A stretch of DNA of 52,715 nucleotides, filler included, from Sphacelaria rigidula (taxonomy: Eukaryota): assembly GCA_964200075.2 (NCBI GenBank). It is 3 parts of 3 records of this genome, joined end to end, with 100 filler letters (N's around TTAATTAATTAA, not from the genome) between each part and the next. Parts side by side here need not be neighbours in the genome. Positions count along the whole stretch, not along the records: positions 1 to 17,506 come from CAXNAA020001063.1; 2 more parts are not named here. The stretch is one strand, 5' to 3'. Of this stretch, positions 1 to 12,894 are shown one piece after another (the first letter of the stretch is position 1; every line of letters starts with the position of its first letter). The notes beneath the pieces were generated by a model. It worked only from the letters and a program-made list of their open reading frames with translations. It was not told where the DNA came from and did not search any database. The position numbers and the translations under genes are program-made.

Positions 1-60
1 GATGCGTGGTCAATGGTCAAACGACTAAGGCAAGCAACAAATGAGTACGCCCCCCCCCCC
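1..60 (+). mobile_element. Poly-C-tailed short retroposon family A, copy 1 (cut by window start)
   Basis: GATGCGTGGTCAATGGTCAAACGACTAAGGCAAGCAACAAATGAGTACG followed by a C-run. Near-identical to the reverse complement of 12827-12894. Confidence 0.8.
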
Positions 61-174
61 TGCAATGAGGATGGTTATCTAGCTGAACGGGGAGTATCTC
101 TAACTCTTGATACTTCGCCCCGGGTTCGAGCTCTCGCAGGTTTGTTTTTGTGTGTATCTATTAGGAGTAGGGAC

Positions 175-241
175 GGTGCTCCGTCTCGAAAGAGATTACT
201 GTTCAATGCTCGAACGACTAAGACAGCAACAAATTCGTACG

Positions 242-290
<49 letters not shown>
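175..290 (+). mobile_element. Family A, diverged copy 2 with long poly-C tail
   Basis: GGTGCTCCGTCTCGAAAGAGAT...AACGACTAAGACAGCAACAAATTCGTACG followed by a ~50-nt C-run. Confidence 0.75.
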
Positions 291-292
<2 letters not shown>

Positions 293-3200
293 CCCCACAA
301 CCCCACCCCCNNNNNNNNNNCGAAAAATATTTTTTTCTCTTGACTGTCGTCAAAAAAAAAAAAAAAAGATCTCCCCCCCCCCCCCCCCCCCCCTGCCGAT
401 CGTGCAAGACGCCCGGTGATCGCAATGCCTTTTGTCCCGGTTTGAAACTGTCACGGGGAAGTATTTATTATCTACGAATTTTGGCCGAAAATCAGGGTAT
501 TCGACCGAATGTTGTGCTTGCAGAAGAACATAATAAAGTAGCGATCACGAGGCCATGTGCGCAGAGAGATGGTGCACACCTGAGGCCCAACCGCGTATCA
601 CATTCCGATCTCAAGCCGCAGTTTTGGTTTCTTCTGAGTACGATATTGCTGCTCATTATGGGAGAAATCGATCCGAAGTGGGTTAACGAAATATCAAGAT
701 GGCCAAGTACTTGTTGTGTGCACGATACACTTTACGTGCTCTAGTCTTTCATTCGACAAGGATAACAAACAGTCACCAATTTCATCGTTGGCAACGATGT
801 TAGCGCGCAAACGGCCGCCCTTTCTCCGATACTGAATGTACTATCAATAGAGCCCAGCGCGTGGGGATGGGCAAGGACTCTCCATAGCGTCATACGTTAT
901 GCGGTCGTGCTCCAGGTGTTGGTGCGTGTATGTTTGGGCTCTGCAAAGCAGGGGTAACCTGTTTCAGTCACGGCGCATATGCTACCCATTAACCCCTCGG
1001 CCGTGAACACTTTGAAATTTTTTACCAAGGCGTTGCGAAATCAATACAAAAAGTGGATTTTGCATACATGGACTCAGATGGACATGCCACAACCCTCAGT
1101 GAAAACACTTGAGAGTTTAGCACTTTTTTTGACCGTGTATCCATTCCAAGTACGCACCGATCTTGGAGAAAAAACAAAAAAACAGGGAGGGATCTAGGCG
1201 TAGCGGGTTATACGGTCATCGATCGCCACTGAATGTTGATCCCCAATTGAAGTGAGAGTAGAACGATGGGATCGGAGACCGAAGCGAGGGTCAAATGTCG
1301 GATTCGACGCTTGAAGTTCGGGAAGCGAGAGCAAGTGTAGTGAGTTGACTATCCGGCAGGGTCTCAGTAATACGAGCCCAGCTGACGGAAAGGGTAAGTG
1401 CAAAAGTGTTTTTGGAGCGGGTACCGCACAGCCCACCACGCGCGGCAGGCGCCCACTGTGGTTTGTTAGAGGTACGATACCTTCACCGTTTCAAGCGTCA
1501 GACCAATCGTCGCCGGTTCGAATAAGCAAGTCTACGTACTTTTTCTGAGGCCTGTTTGCTCGAAACGAGAGAGAAGTGTTGACCGCGGGTCAAAACGTCT
1601 CTGTGCATTGTTTTGCGCTCTTCCGCGCGCCTAGGGGGTGGCGCGCATCTGGGGTGCAATGCTGAAATGAAAGCAAAGTCCAAGGATTGATTCGTAACGG
1701 TACGAATCAAATCAGACTATAAGCGATTCATTTTCAGACGAGTCGTTCTTTGTTCGACCCCTGAACCGTCCGTCGCTAATTGCTGTTGCGTGGCCGTGGT
1801 CTGGTCGGCAAACCAACTAGACATCAGGCCATTAGCTTGAAAGGTTCTCACGGGTTCGATTCCCGATATATGCGTTTGGGGATTTTCCGGAGAAGTATGT
1901 GGTTCCCGGTATGACAAGGGTGAGGAAGGGCGCAACAAAAATCATAATGGCGCGGGAGAGTCGATGTGGTGCGGGAGTGCTGTTGATCCAATCCTCCACA
2001 TCGAAATGTAAATAGGCGTGCCGGGCGAGAGGTGGACTGATCCTCCGATAGCACCAACTCGTCTCGAGGGAGAAGAACAGGGATTGCAAGTGCGACATAC
2101 ATATATATATGAATTATATATATACTCCCGCATTTTTCAGGGGAGAAAAGTCTTCGCGTACCCGCAGTAAGATCTGCGTTACTACTTATTGTAAACAAAT
2201 TGCGGCAGAACCTCTGTTTAAGTATTCTTCTTAATCGTCCCGTAACCTCGTTCGCTATCCCCTCGGCGTTCGACGCTTCTGAGATATTTACTGACTGTGG
2301 GACGATTTTCCTATTCATGATGCAATCAAGTCATATTTTTTTCAGTGGGAAAAAAAAAGAAAGACCGCTGCAGTGGCCGACCCTTGCCGCCAGGGGCGGC
2401 TATCTGTCGGATCGACTCCAGTTTCACGTGGGAAATAAGTGCAAGACCTAGATTAACCACCCTCGTGCTCAAAAGGTAATCTCTCTGACCCCGAAGCGGT
2501 CAATTTGAGTCCGCTCATGCCGCCGCGGGCGCTCGGGTCTCGGGCTTTATGCAGTTTCTCCCGCGGTAAAGATTCCCGCGGTCTATCACTAGGTGCATTA
2601 TCAACTAGTGAAATCCCGATGCGCTGTGTTTGTACATCACTTTTGCGTATGGCGGAGCAAGAGCGTGGCGACGGCAGGCAGGCACATACAAGCATCACCG
2701 CTGTGAAAAAAAGCACATCCACACATGAGCTTGTGACGACCCCCTGCCCTCGGCGGAAGAAATCTTGGCTCGAGACGCACATGTTGGTCAACACAGTACG
2801 AGGCCTTTCATCTAAGTGGTGTCTGCTGAGCTGAAATAGGAAGGCATACATCTTTGAAGCACACCATATTAGAGCACGGATACTGGTGCGGCTATCTTTT
2901 TTTTTTTCAGTTTTATGGTGAGCGCAGTCGTTGTTACTCATTTCTGCCTGCTTGCATCAAAAACACGGGTGCATGTCACATCACGGCACTACTGCGGGAA
3001 GCTACTCAGCAACAGGATAGGCTTTCGTCGAGACGCTAGCGTTAGCTTTCCATTCGGTGCGTGTGCCACCACGGGCTTATTTTTTTGCCATGCATCTCGA
3101 CGTAAACAGAAATGCGTCACCCAGGAATCATACAAACTATCGCCGTTCTTAGCCTCCCTAGTGAACAGGGCGGATAGCCACACCCTTCTCTCTACAGGGC

Positions 3201-3375
3201 CAAAGCACTCTCGGCCTGCCTGCCATATGTTCTTGTTTATTGTCCACAGAGCTCCACTACGAGGGCAGCATCAACAGCAGGAAGCATACCACCTTTGTCG
3301 ACCCAAGAGGTTCGTTGTTCTGAATCCGTTGGACGGACGCCGTTCAAGGGCCCAAACCTCGAGCAGAGCACACGA

Positions 3376-6300
3376 ATGAGCAGCGCATCATCGACCTACA
3401 GAACCGCCTCCACGGCCCGCTCATCCATCGCTTCAATTCCCGGTGAGTCAGTCTGTCCTCACAAAGTTCAGCTGCAGAGAGGGAGGTCGAACACAACGCC
3501 ACCTGAATCAAAATCACGAGATGCGAAAAAAAAGTATGTGCAACAAACGTTCCTGAACACGCGTATCAACGGCTTTCAAATCTGCAAGGCGTTTTTGTTC
3601 TACAGGGAACCCCGGTGTGATTCGTCTCCAAGGTAGGAACTCGCGGCAGCGCAAGATATGTCCCTCTCCGACGCCACAGGTAAAACTGCCCGAACTCGAT
3701 CCTCCCATCCTGCAAGTACAAATGAAAATTCGCGTCGTTGCGAGGGTACACGAGTCATGATCGCAGAAAATGTTTTTGATGTTTGTATCCCCCCCCCCCC
3801 TCCCCTCCCCCTCCCTTTTTTTTGCTGTTTTGTTCGTCTCTCGTTACTGTTCAGCTTGAACCCCTTGTGTCCTACACCGTTTCCTCTTTCATTTTGTTTT
3901 CTTTTGTTTTGTCCCTAGGAGACAGGCAGGAACCTTGACCGTGCACTTTGCTTTTGCTAGTTTCGTACGATGCGCTTCAAAGTGCGTCCCGCCTCGCCAC
4001 CGTTTCAAACCCAACCCGAAAGTTGAACTCTCATCATGATGGTCCGGCCTAAGGATAAGCACCAAGGCGGGGAGTGCCCTCCCGTCCAGGTAGTCTCGGA
4101 TTTGAAAAAACCCCTTTGCCACACCTAGGCCTCCCGCACCGAGCAAACCTCCGTCAATATACCCCAGCTCGACTTTGCACACGAGTCACCCTATCTTCTT
4201 CGGTTTTATCCTTTTGTTTATTGTCCTTCAGCGACTTCTTCCGTTTTGTTCACCTTGGGCACACGGATCTTGTGACGGCGGCTGGATCCTTCGGGGATCG
4301 GTTAATGTGTTGATGTCTGACATTTGTTTTTCAAAATCAATCGAGTCCCACCTTAGCGAGAGTCTGTTGCTAGGAGTATAGACTCCGTCCTCCGTCGCCT
4401 TGTACGTTTTCCCCGCGGCGTGTACTTGTAGAACTCGACAGAAGCTCAGACGAGGGGTAAATACTCTCTGTTGGGTAAAACATCCACACTGCGACAGGAT
4501 ATGGTCAATATTCAGTTGTATCAGACAGGAAATGTACTGCGTAAAGCATGGGCTTATTGCAACCATTGATGGCCAGCAGTTGTTGCATTAGGTGTACGCT
4601 CTTGATTGATTGATTGATTGATTGTCGCACTCTAGCTGCTCTACGCGGAATATTTTATGTCTGTTGCAACTTTTGACTATCTTTTGTCCCGGGTTTGAAA
4701 ACATCACGGTTACCGCTGTGGATTTAATTTTTTTGCAATGGTAGATCTTCCCACACGAATAACGCTTCTCCTCGTCCCAATCCATGATTCCCTCCCCCCC
4801 CCCGCCCCCCGTCCTGCAGAATCATCGACGTCTACCGCAAGGTTACGGACCTCTCTGGAAGACTTTTCTCCTGACCGACATCGGACTGACCATGGACAGG
4901 AGATACTTAGTGGCAGCGATGACAGTGACCAGGACACCCTTGTAGGCGAAACAATTGACACCAATGGCGAGCGTATCGGCTCGAGACGAGTCGTCGACAT
5001 CGACGGCAAGCCGCAAAATGCTATTTTTCAGCGAGAGTCCGCGCTGGGCAAGGACGAACGAGAATCCAAAGCTGATTTTGCTCGCACCCCCGTGCACCGA
5101 GTTTTGCACCCCATCGGATTGCACGAAAGCACTCCGGCTGGAGTGTCACCCACCAAGGGCGTCCCACGGACTCCGTTGTCCAATGATCGCATAAAAGACC
5201 CCCGTTTGCCCCCCGGGCAAAATGTGGGTCGCCGAGGTTCTCCGCAATCACAAAAGTACTTCGTAAGTCCTCAAGCTGTGCAACCTCACAGCACCCAACG
5301 TAATCAGAGCGGTAACGCTCGACGATCTGCCACGCATCCCGATGGCATCTCTCCCCAGAGTTTGTTGGGGGGTCACGTGTCGAATGATGAGATTACCACG
5401 CCGACGCCCTCATACGACCGCGGCGTTCAGTTCCTGAACGACGGCGCCAGGAAACTCTCGTCGATACTCTCGATTTCTCCTTCACCGCGGAGAAGAGAAA
5501 GTCACAACCTTCACTCAGGCTTCAATTTCACCTCCGAAAGTCCAACTCCTTCGTATAGTAACCGCAATACCGCTGGCGTGATGGACATCTCGGCCGTGGC
5601 TAAAGCTATCCGGGGAACGCCTACCCACAGTCGACAGTCAAGCCTACGCAGCGCATTGTCCGCGACGAGCTCGCGCGTTCACGTCGCTCCTCCGAGTGTG
5701 GTCCCGGATAACGTTCCGCCGGAATATCCAACTACCGAGCCCGGCAGCGATGAAGATACGGATGACAATTTATCGCAAGTTAATGCGCCTAGATATCAAA
5801 GGTCCGATCCAGCGGAGAGAGACGTTGAAGAGGGGGGACAAGCTGGATCAGGTGTTAGTGGTGAGGGAGGGAAGGGCGGTGTGATCGCGGCATCTGTCTT
5901 TAAGGAGAGCCGTGCGCGTCTTGGGTCAGCAGCCACTGAGGCTAGCGGGTTAGTTTTGCCGTGTAGCCCGTCGGACGAAGAGAAGGTGAGCCAGTTGTTT
6001 TTGGGGAAGGCAGTGCATGATGCTCTCGTATCCCTAGATTTGCGTAACAGTGTTTTTGTACCCTTCAGCTTCCCCGTGAGGTCTGGTCTCTTTGAAAAGT
6101 GTTGCTTCTTTTCGATTTGAAAGAAACCGAAGCATGATGTGAGCGCGGCTCCTTCTGTCAGGTTCCCGGCGATGACGACTCATCACAAATGTTGAGACGA
6201 GCAGGCCCAGACCGCCTGTCGCACGACTAGACTTTAAGCTTTTCGAAAACCGGCGGGCCTTCACAGATACTTTGTTGGATCTACTAACGCCGTTCTCTGT

Positions 6301-9300
6301 GTCGAATGATATTACAGGTCTCGTACGTGGACACGGGTCGTGGGTTCATCCTCAGCTTTGCTATTATTGCATTTATAAGTCTCACGGTGGGAATGTGGTG
6401 CTACACTTTGAGCTCAGTCTACTTCTGGTGGTACGGAGTTCCAGCAACTTATTTCACGGTCTATACATGTTGCCAGTACTTCGGGGTGGCTCTATGGGGC
6501 AGGGACTTCCAGCAGTCAGAGCATGCGAAGATCGTCGAAGTGGCTACTGAAAAAGGGTTTATGCCCACAGTTGATGTGTTTTTGCCCGTGTGCAACGAGC
6601 CCATTTTAATTCTGGCGAATACGTGGCAGTACGTGGCGGAATTGGACTATCCTCACCTCAAGGTTCATGTCTTGGACGACGGTGCTCAAGACGAAGTTCG
6701 CGACCTGGCATCGGCATTCGGTTTCAAATGTGAGTTTATTCGTACCCGGCGTGGCGTGTTTGCACGATGCCCTCTTTTCGGGACAGCCATCAACTGTATC
6801 TTGACGAGAAACAACCGCCGGGTGAAAGATGCAGTACCCTGTGAATGCTTCGCAGTGCTGTTATACCCTTGTGCGTGCACCTACCTTCAAAGACAAGATC
6901 ATATCCGTGTCGTCCTCCACCAGATATTCGACGGCCAAATCGTCCGGAGCTCAAGAAGGCTGGAAATTTGCGCTACGCGTTTTCCAAAACAACGGGGGAC
7001 TACGTGCTCATCCTAGACGCGGACTTCTGCCCTCGATCGGACTTCTTGAGAGAGATATTACCCTATTTCTTGGATCGCACCATCGGAATCGTGCAGACGC
7101 CACAGTACTTCCGGTATCGATCGGAGCAGACGTGGGTCGAGCGGGGGGCAGGGGTAACACAAGAATTCTTCTACCGGCTAGAGCAGGTGTGGCATTGAGA
7201 TCAAGTTGTTCCTGTTCCGAGACTTTTTGTCCGTTCAACAGCGAGGGTCATGTAGGTCGCGTAGATGGGAGGCTAGATCGATGTGGGCGCTTCTCAACGA
7301 GACCAAATGGTCCAATCAAAAGGCGCTCAGCAGTTCCCTCACGTGGTTTGAAAAAATGGTGCACGAGGTTGTCCTCTACGTATCACTCGTTTTGTGTGCG
7401 GCTCATGTCGTCGTACGTGCTTGATGAGCAAGCACATATGGTGCTGGCGTGACAACCCCTATACGTACTGTTCATCTTCACTGAGAGACCGCCCTGTGCT
7501 GCAGGTTGTGGCCTATGCACGAAGGACGATGATATGCCGCGTGGCAGCAACCTTGTCGTTGTTGAAGGTGTATATCTGACAAGAAGTAAGTTTTCAACAG
7601 CCTACAATAATGGTGTGCAGTCAACATTCCTGCTGAGACAACTGTCGGGGCACTGACACAAACAAGTATATGTCCGAAAATCGATGCCATGCACTCTGCT
7701 GCAGGGATCCAAACGCGGTTTGCCCCGGTTATGTTTTGCATAGAGTCTCCGTCGTCTCCGATTAGCGTCTGGCTCGATTGGACCCCCATGGCCGCGCGTT
7801 CACTCTGTACCGATTTATTCTCTGCTGGCGGAGTATGTTTTCCAACCCTTGATACGATTCTTTGAAGTTTCAACGATGTCGCTGCCAAGATGCAGAAATG
7901 ATTGAGACGTAATGTAAAGGCTTGTGGTGTCTTCATTCGATATGTCCGCGACTCGTTTTGCATGAGAATTGAAACCCGTCGTCTTGTCCATACCATTTTT
8001 TTTGGGGGGGGGTACTCTAAATCCAAGTAATGAGGTTGCCAGACGTGGTCAGGCTTGTGAGGACGAAGTTGGATAATATCTTGAAATCCTGTTCCTGTAG
8101 TCGAAGCAAGCATTCGCACTGTTTGTTAGATGTTGGTGAGAGTTGACCGCGAGTCTGGGATGTCAAACTGATTGGGTTAATGAAAAACACCTGTGAGGCG
8201 ACTGATAGATTGATTGATTGATTGATTGACTGTCGCACTTTAACTGAGCACCCATGGGTCCAGCCGTGGTCGTATGATGGACGTACCCAAGAAAAGCGAA
8301 ACTGAAACACTCGTTCAAGAAAACGAAGGAGCAGAAAAAAGTCGAACAGAACGATATAGTAGACTAAGACGTAGTGTCAGAGTTTCATGTGACCCGCGCA
8401 ACACCTTGCAGGACGGGTGTAGGAAAATAGCAGCTCGCCGTGCCACTTGTTTGTGTGCGTTGAAACGCCCCTGCCGCTATTGAGCGGCTTGAAAAGAGCT
8501 TCATGATGCTTCAACAGTGGTCTTTGAAGAATGTGCATTTTGTCTCGAGGTCATGAAATGGGGCGGGGGGCTATGTGTGCCATGACTGAAATATGTGCGA
8601 TCCCTGTTCCCAGGGGAAATAGTCCATTTGCATGTTGACGACTACATGGTGGTAAAAGCACTTGCTGTGTAGCCTGTCATATCAGTGCTGTGCTATCGTT
8701 GCTCGGCCGTGGCTGTGCATTTGTGTGCGTGTGTCAGGCGAAACCTAGAGAGACAAGGCATGCCTGCCTCGGACCGTGGTGTCCGAGAACACCTCAAGTA
8801 GTTTTTATCAAAACACACCAACCACGCATCCACGATGCATAACCCGACCTCATTTCCATGCTTCCCCTCAACGACACTCCGTCGTCCGGAGTGGAAAGTG
8901 GCACCTGTTATGATAGTACTGCTGCACAAGCTACAGTACATCTTGCAAATAAGCCAGCTTGGCAGCCTTGCGTGCGGCGACCCTGCTGCCGTACAGTAAT
9001 GAAACAAGGAACACCGGCTACAAACGGCAAATCACAAGCGAGCCAAGCACCCAATCAATTGACTTGGCTGTGGCAACAGTTGACTGTGCCTTCGGAAAAT
9101 AGGCTGTTTCGCATCGATACCGACAGAAACCTGCCAAGAAAACCGCGCGCCCCTGCCGTATGACTTCAGGCGAGGAGGCCTTTTCGAAAAGCCACGGACG
9201 TAGGTTGCGACTCAGCAATCTGAGGACGACATGATCTGGGCAAAAACTCTCGCTCGCGAACTCTGTAGGAGCAAGACACGAACACGAAGACACTGAAAAC

Positions 9301-12300
9301 AACGCGAAAACTGCAGGAGGAGAAGAAACGACGAGGGAGAAAAAAAAAGCGGAATGTCACGATAGTGAGAATTTCAAAAAGCCAAAAGGACAAAGCAGAA
9401 CACGCAGAGGAACACAGCTAGCGAACACAGCGCTGAAGTTACAAGGCGAGGAGAGAAGGCGACAACCGTTATGGCCAAACAGGGTGTATACAACATCAAT
9501 TTCCGTGCTGCCCCCCCTCCCGGTCTCATTTCTAGTCAAGGGCGAAGCGGGCCACTCAATCGGTCATACGTTTTACTCTTGGGTTCTTCGCGGACGTTCA
9601 CTGCTGTCGTTATGTGCACCAGTGGTGGAGGCTTCCAGCGGCTCTTAACCCCACAATCTTTCATTTGCCACGTACGTTGGATTGGCGTAGGTGTTTCGTT
9701 CGGCCACACCTCCTCAGACTCCTCCGCCCCGTTCTCGACGCTCAGGTTGCATCTGCACTCGTCGTAGGTCTTCGTGACAGTGACCGAATGCCGCAGCGAT
9801 CGACTACAAAGAGTAACAAAAATGCTTGACGCAAGGGGACTGCCCACAGAAACTACCGCTCCCAAACGAGGCCTTGCGGTCAAACTGGGTATAACTATTG
9901 CGGCACGGCAGCGCTTTACTGCAGCGTGCCGAGGGGGTTCAGCTGTCTGTCGTCACTACACTTGGTTTTAGAGCCGAGGAGAAGCTCCGCGGGTTGTACC
10001 GTTCTCGACGACTAGCAGGAAATACTCGTGTGTTAACGCCCGCACATTTTCTTCTCGCGACGCCCTACTAACGTACCCAGGTAAATTCAGATAAGTTCGG
10101 GGGATCTTGTTGCTGTGGTTCCTGCGCTATATACCGGCGGGATGCCTTGCAGCCTTTGGGAGGGATGGCGGTGAGTGGGTGTGCTCACCTGACCCATGGC
10201 AGCTGATGTTAAACCGCATCATTCGGTAGAATTGTGTATTAATAGATGTGCTGAGACGATAGTAATACTCTGTCAGGTGAGGTCAAGTGCGAGATAACAT
10301 GTCGCGTTCGACTTCGAAGTCTCCCAATGGGCCAAGTGAGGAGCGCGTGAAACGATTCCGCTGGTAGCTGTAGGCGCCGCGGTATGTGCCTGATTCTGTC
10401 CTTCGCTCCGTTGGCATGCTTGAATTCGCTGTTGACTCTGTTTTGCATGGCTGACACAGTCGTCTTCTCTGCTTTTTCCCGCGCACCGGCGAACCTCATC
10501 CAGGCAATTGATCACTCGGAAGACATGTACACTGGCTTCAAGATGACCGAGTTCGGATATAGGGTACGTCTTTGTTTCATGCTTCGCGTTTTCGTCGTAC
10601 GAGAGAGCAGCTTTGCGTCGGACACGATATCCTGTAGCTGAACAGTGACGTGTCAGTAGCACAGGGCAGTGTCTTGAGCCCTGTTTGTGCCGTGAATGAA
10701 AAAGGTTGGATTATTATTCTAGCTTTAGTGGCGAGCGCTCTACGCGTCGGTGGCTGTGCAGGCCCACGTGACAAATGAGGTGGATGCTCATCTTCGACTG
10801 TCATACTGCGCCAGCGTATGTACAATGTTCCGGTACAACCATCGTCGCATCCGCCCCGCCTGATCTTTGCTCGCACAGCTCAAGTTCGTCCCTCTAGTGC
10901 TGGCGATGGGCACTTGTCCGGATGAGCAAAGGAGCTTCTTCATGCAGCAGTACCGATGGTGCATGGGAACGTGCAGCCTCGTTTTCACGAAAGAGTTCTG
11001 GAATTCGAACGTGTCAAAGTTCCACAAGCTCTGCTTTTTCAACGGGATGATGTACTACACCGCGACGGCCGTGGTGAGTGCAGTAGGGCACGCGTCGGTG
11101 ACGACGTCTGGGCTGTAGGCGATTTTCACGCAGAAAACAACCTCCAAGGTCCACGATACGCGCAATTGCAGGGGCCATGCAAGTTTATATTTAGTATCAA
11201 TGACACGCTATCACTCTCCGGAAAGACTGCACAAAATACGTAGTATCCACAACCTAAACAGAGTACAGTTCGGCCTGTCATCACATCTTGATTATCATTC
11301 GCCGATATTGTTTCTCACTTCTCGCCGCGTCACGTTCCGCTCGTTCCCTCGTGTGCTGTATCGCTGTATCAGCTGCTTTTCGTAGGACCCTTGCCAATTC
11401 TGATGTTGATCTGGGTTGCCCCCCATATAGTGAGGTTTCACCATCTCGCGATCGTCGTGCCTACACTCGTCTTCGTGGCGATCATCATTCCTTGCTGGTC
11501 CAAGCAGAAGTACGACATGTCCTGCCATCGAGTCAGAATCATAAAATGGTGAGATACGGTCGCCATAGAGGGCAACTCATTTTTTTGTACCGCATTTTCA
11601 GCAGTTTGCGGATATGCAGTAGAAGACACCAATACCTACAAGATGCAGCACCAGGGACGTGGCATCGAGTTGTAGTAGGTGTAACGTTGTTATCTGTTTG
11701 TCTGCAGTCTTGACATACTCACTATTGCCGTGGGCGATACGACGGAAGGTATCCCCAGCATCTCATATGCATGGATTGCAACAGTTTAGGCCATGGCCCG
11801 CGATAATCTGTAGACGCACATGAATGCTTGCTTACCCTGAGGGCATTGACAACATCTGGACTGCCACGAACGTGTACGACCAATCACGAAGTGCCCCTTC
11901 TGACTCACTTCTTAGTCTGGTCGTTCACCCTGTACCGCCTCCCGCACGCTGTACAGCTATGCCCATCTGTACTCCATCAAGGACTACCTGTTCGGAACGG
12001 CGGCTGCGTGGGTTCCCAGCGGAGGCGGCGCAAAACGGTAAGAGCCTTTTGGGCTCGTGCGAGACGACAGAGATGAAGCAGTCACTCAAGCCGGTGTGCA
12101 TCATAGGTCCAATCGCTGGAAGCCGTGTTTGCGTGCCGTTTATTTGTCCTTGATGTAGGAACTACTACTGTGCTTGTGAGTGCGGGTCACGAACCAAGCG
12201 CAAGTGCGCGATGCCTTCTCTTCCGTTTCTCGCTTTTTCTCTGGGTGCAGATCCTCCTCGAGCGCTTACAACTCTTCAGTGTGGCTCATGACCATTTACA

Positions 12301-12711
12301 ACACCGCCGTTACCGCCCTCATCGTCGGCGGAGCTGGTTGGAGGCGAGTGCGTGTAGGAGTTTGTGTCCATGATGATTCATTCAGCTGTCTCGTTTTTTC
12401 GTGGTGCTTGCGCCAACCATGTGTCGGAAAATCCCTCAAGAACCGTGCACCCCTTCCTTTGAAATACATTGCGATTTCAGTTGCCTTGAGAAAACAGGGC
12501 GGTGAACAATAATGACCATATATATCTACGGGCCGTGCAACAGTGTCGCAGGTTCCTTGATTTCAACTTCCACCTCTGTACTTCTTCTCGTCGTCGTTCC
12601 GTTTGAAATACCTACAGGATGACCCAGTTCTCGTGGTACCACTTCGTACCTTCTATTGTGGTGGCAATAATCTCCCTTGGTCTCAACTTCAGTACTTTGT
12701 GGGGCTGCTAG
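3376..12711 (+). CDS. GT2 family processive beta-glycosyltransferase, cellulose synthase-like (CesA/CSL type), 11 exons, ~898 aa
   Basis: Hand-spliced exons 3376-3442, 4820-5985, 6318-6729, 6924-7186, 10081-10170, 10504-10563, 10879-11073, 11373-11548, 11957-12037, 12251-12343 and 12618-12711 total 2697 nt and stay in frame to TAG. Motifs: DVFLPVCNE, VLDDG, KAGNL, LILDADF (DxD), QTPQ, GSCAIYRR, HSED (TED-equivalent) and QQYRW (QxxRW). Hydrophobic TM segments lie before and after the catalytic core. Exon 1 is the least certain. Confidence 0.9.
4602..4638 (-). repeat. Family B, short 3'-end fragment
   Basis: (GATT)5-GTCGCACTCTAGCTG. Confidence 0.55.
8203..8288 (-). mobile_element. (CAAT)n-tailed short retroposon family B copy
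   Basis: (GATT)n-GTCGCACTTTAACTGAGCACCCATGGGTCCAGCCGTGGTC...TACCC, which matches 14541-14626. Confidence 0.75.
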
Positions 12712-12826
12712 CCACTCAATTGCACTAGACTCGGGCTAGCACGTTGGCCTTATGCCTGTTTTGGGTAAAATCGTGGTGGTTTCCCTCAAGATCTTCTCCA
12801 ACTTGGTCGATTTTTGTACCGAGGGG

Positions 12827-12894
12827 GGCGTACTCATTTGTCGCTTGCCTCAGTCGTTTGACCATTGACCACGCATCCCTTTCGAGACGGAGCA
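12827..12894 (-). mobile_element. Family A, copy 3 with 14-bp target-site duplication
   Basis: The element is flanked by TTTGTACCGAGGGG at 12813-12826 and 12895-12908. Confidence 0.88.

Noticed and set aside
13..744. 243-aa proline-rich ORF
   Set aside because: It is made of family A repeat copies, poly-C/poly-A runs and an N gap.
1194..1439. Faint resemblance of GDQHSVAIDDRITRYA to a retroviral-type integrase segment
   Set aside because: Too short and degenerate to support without a profile search.
2031..2421. Possible fourth degenerate foldback
   Set aside because: Only short arm matches with inconsistent centres; not convincing by eye.
8693..9990. Cluster of ~100-aa ORFs in the long CSL intron, possibly a TE relic
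   Set aside because: No recognisable RT, transposase or other motif.
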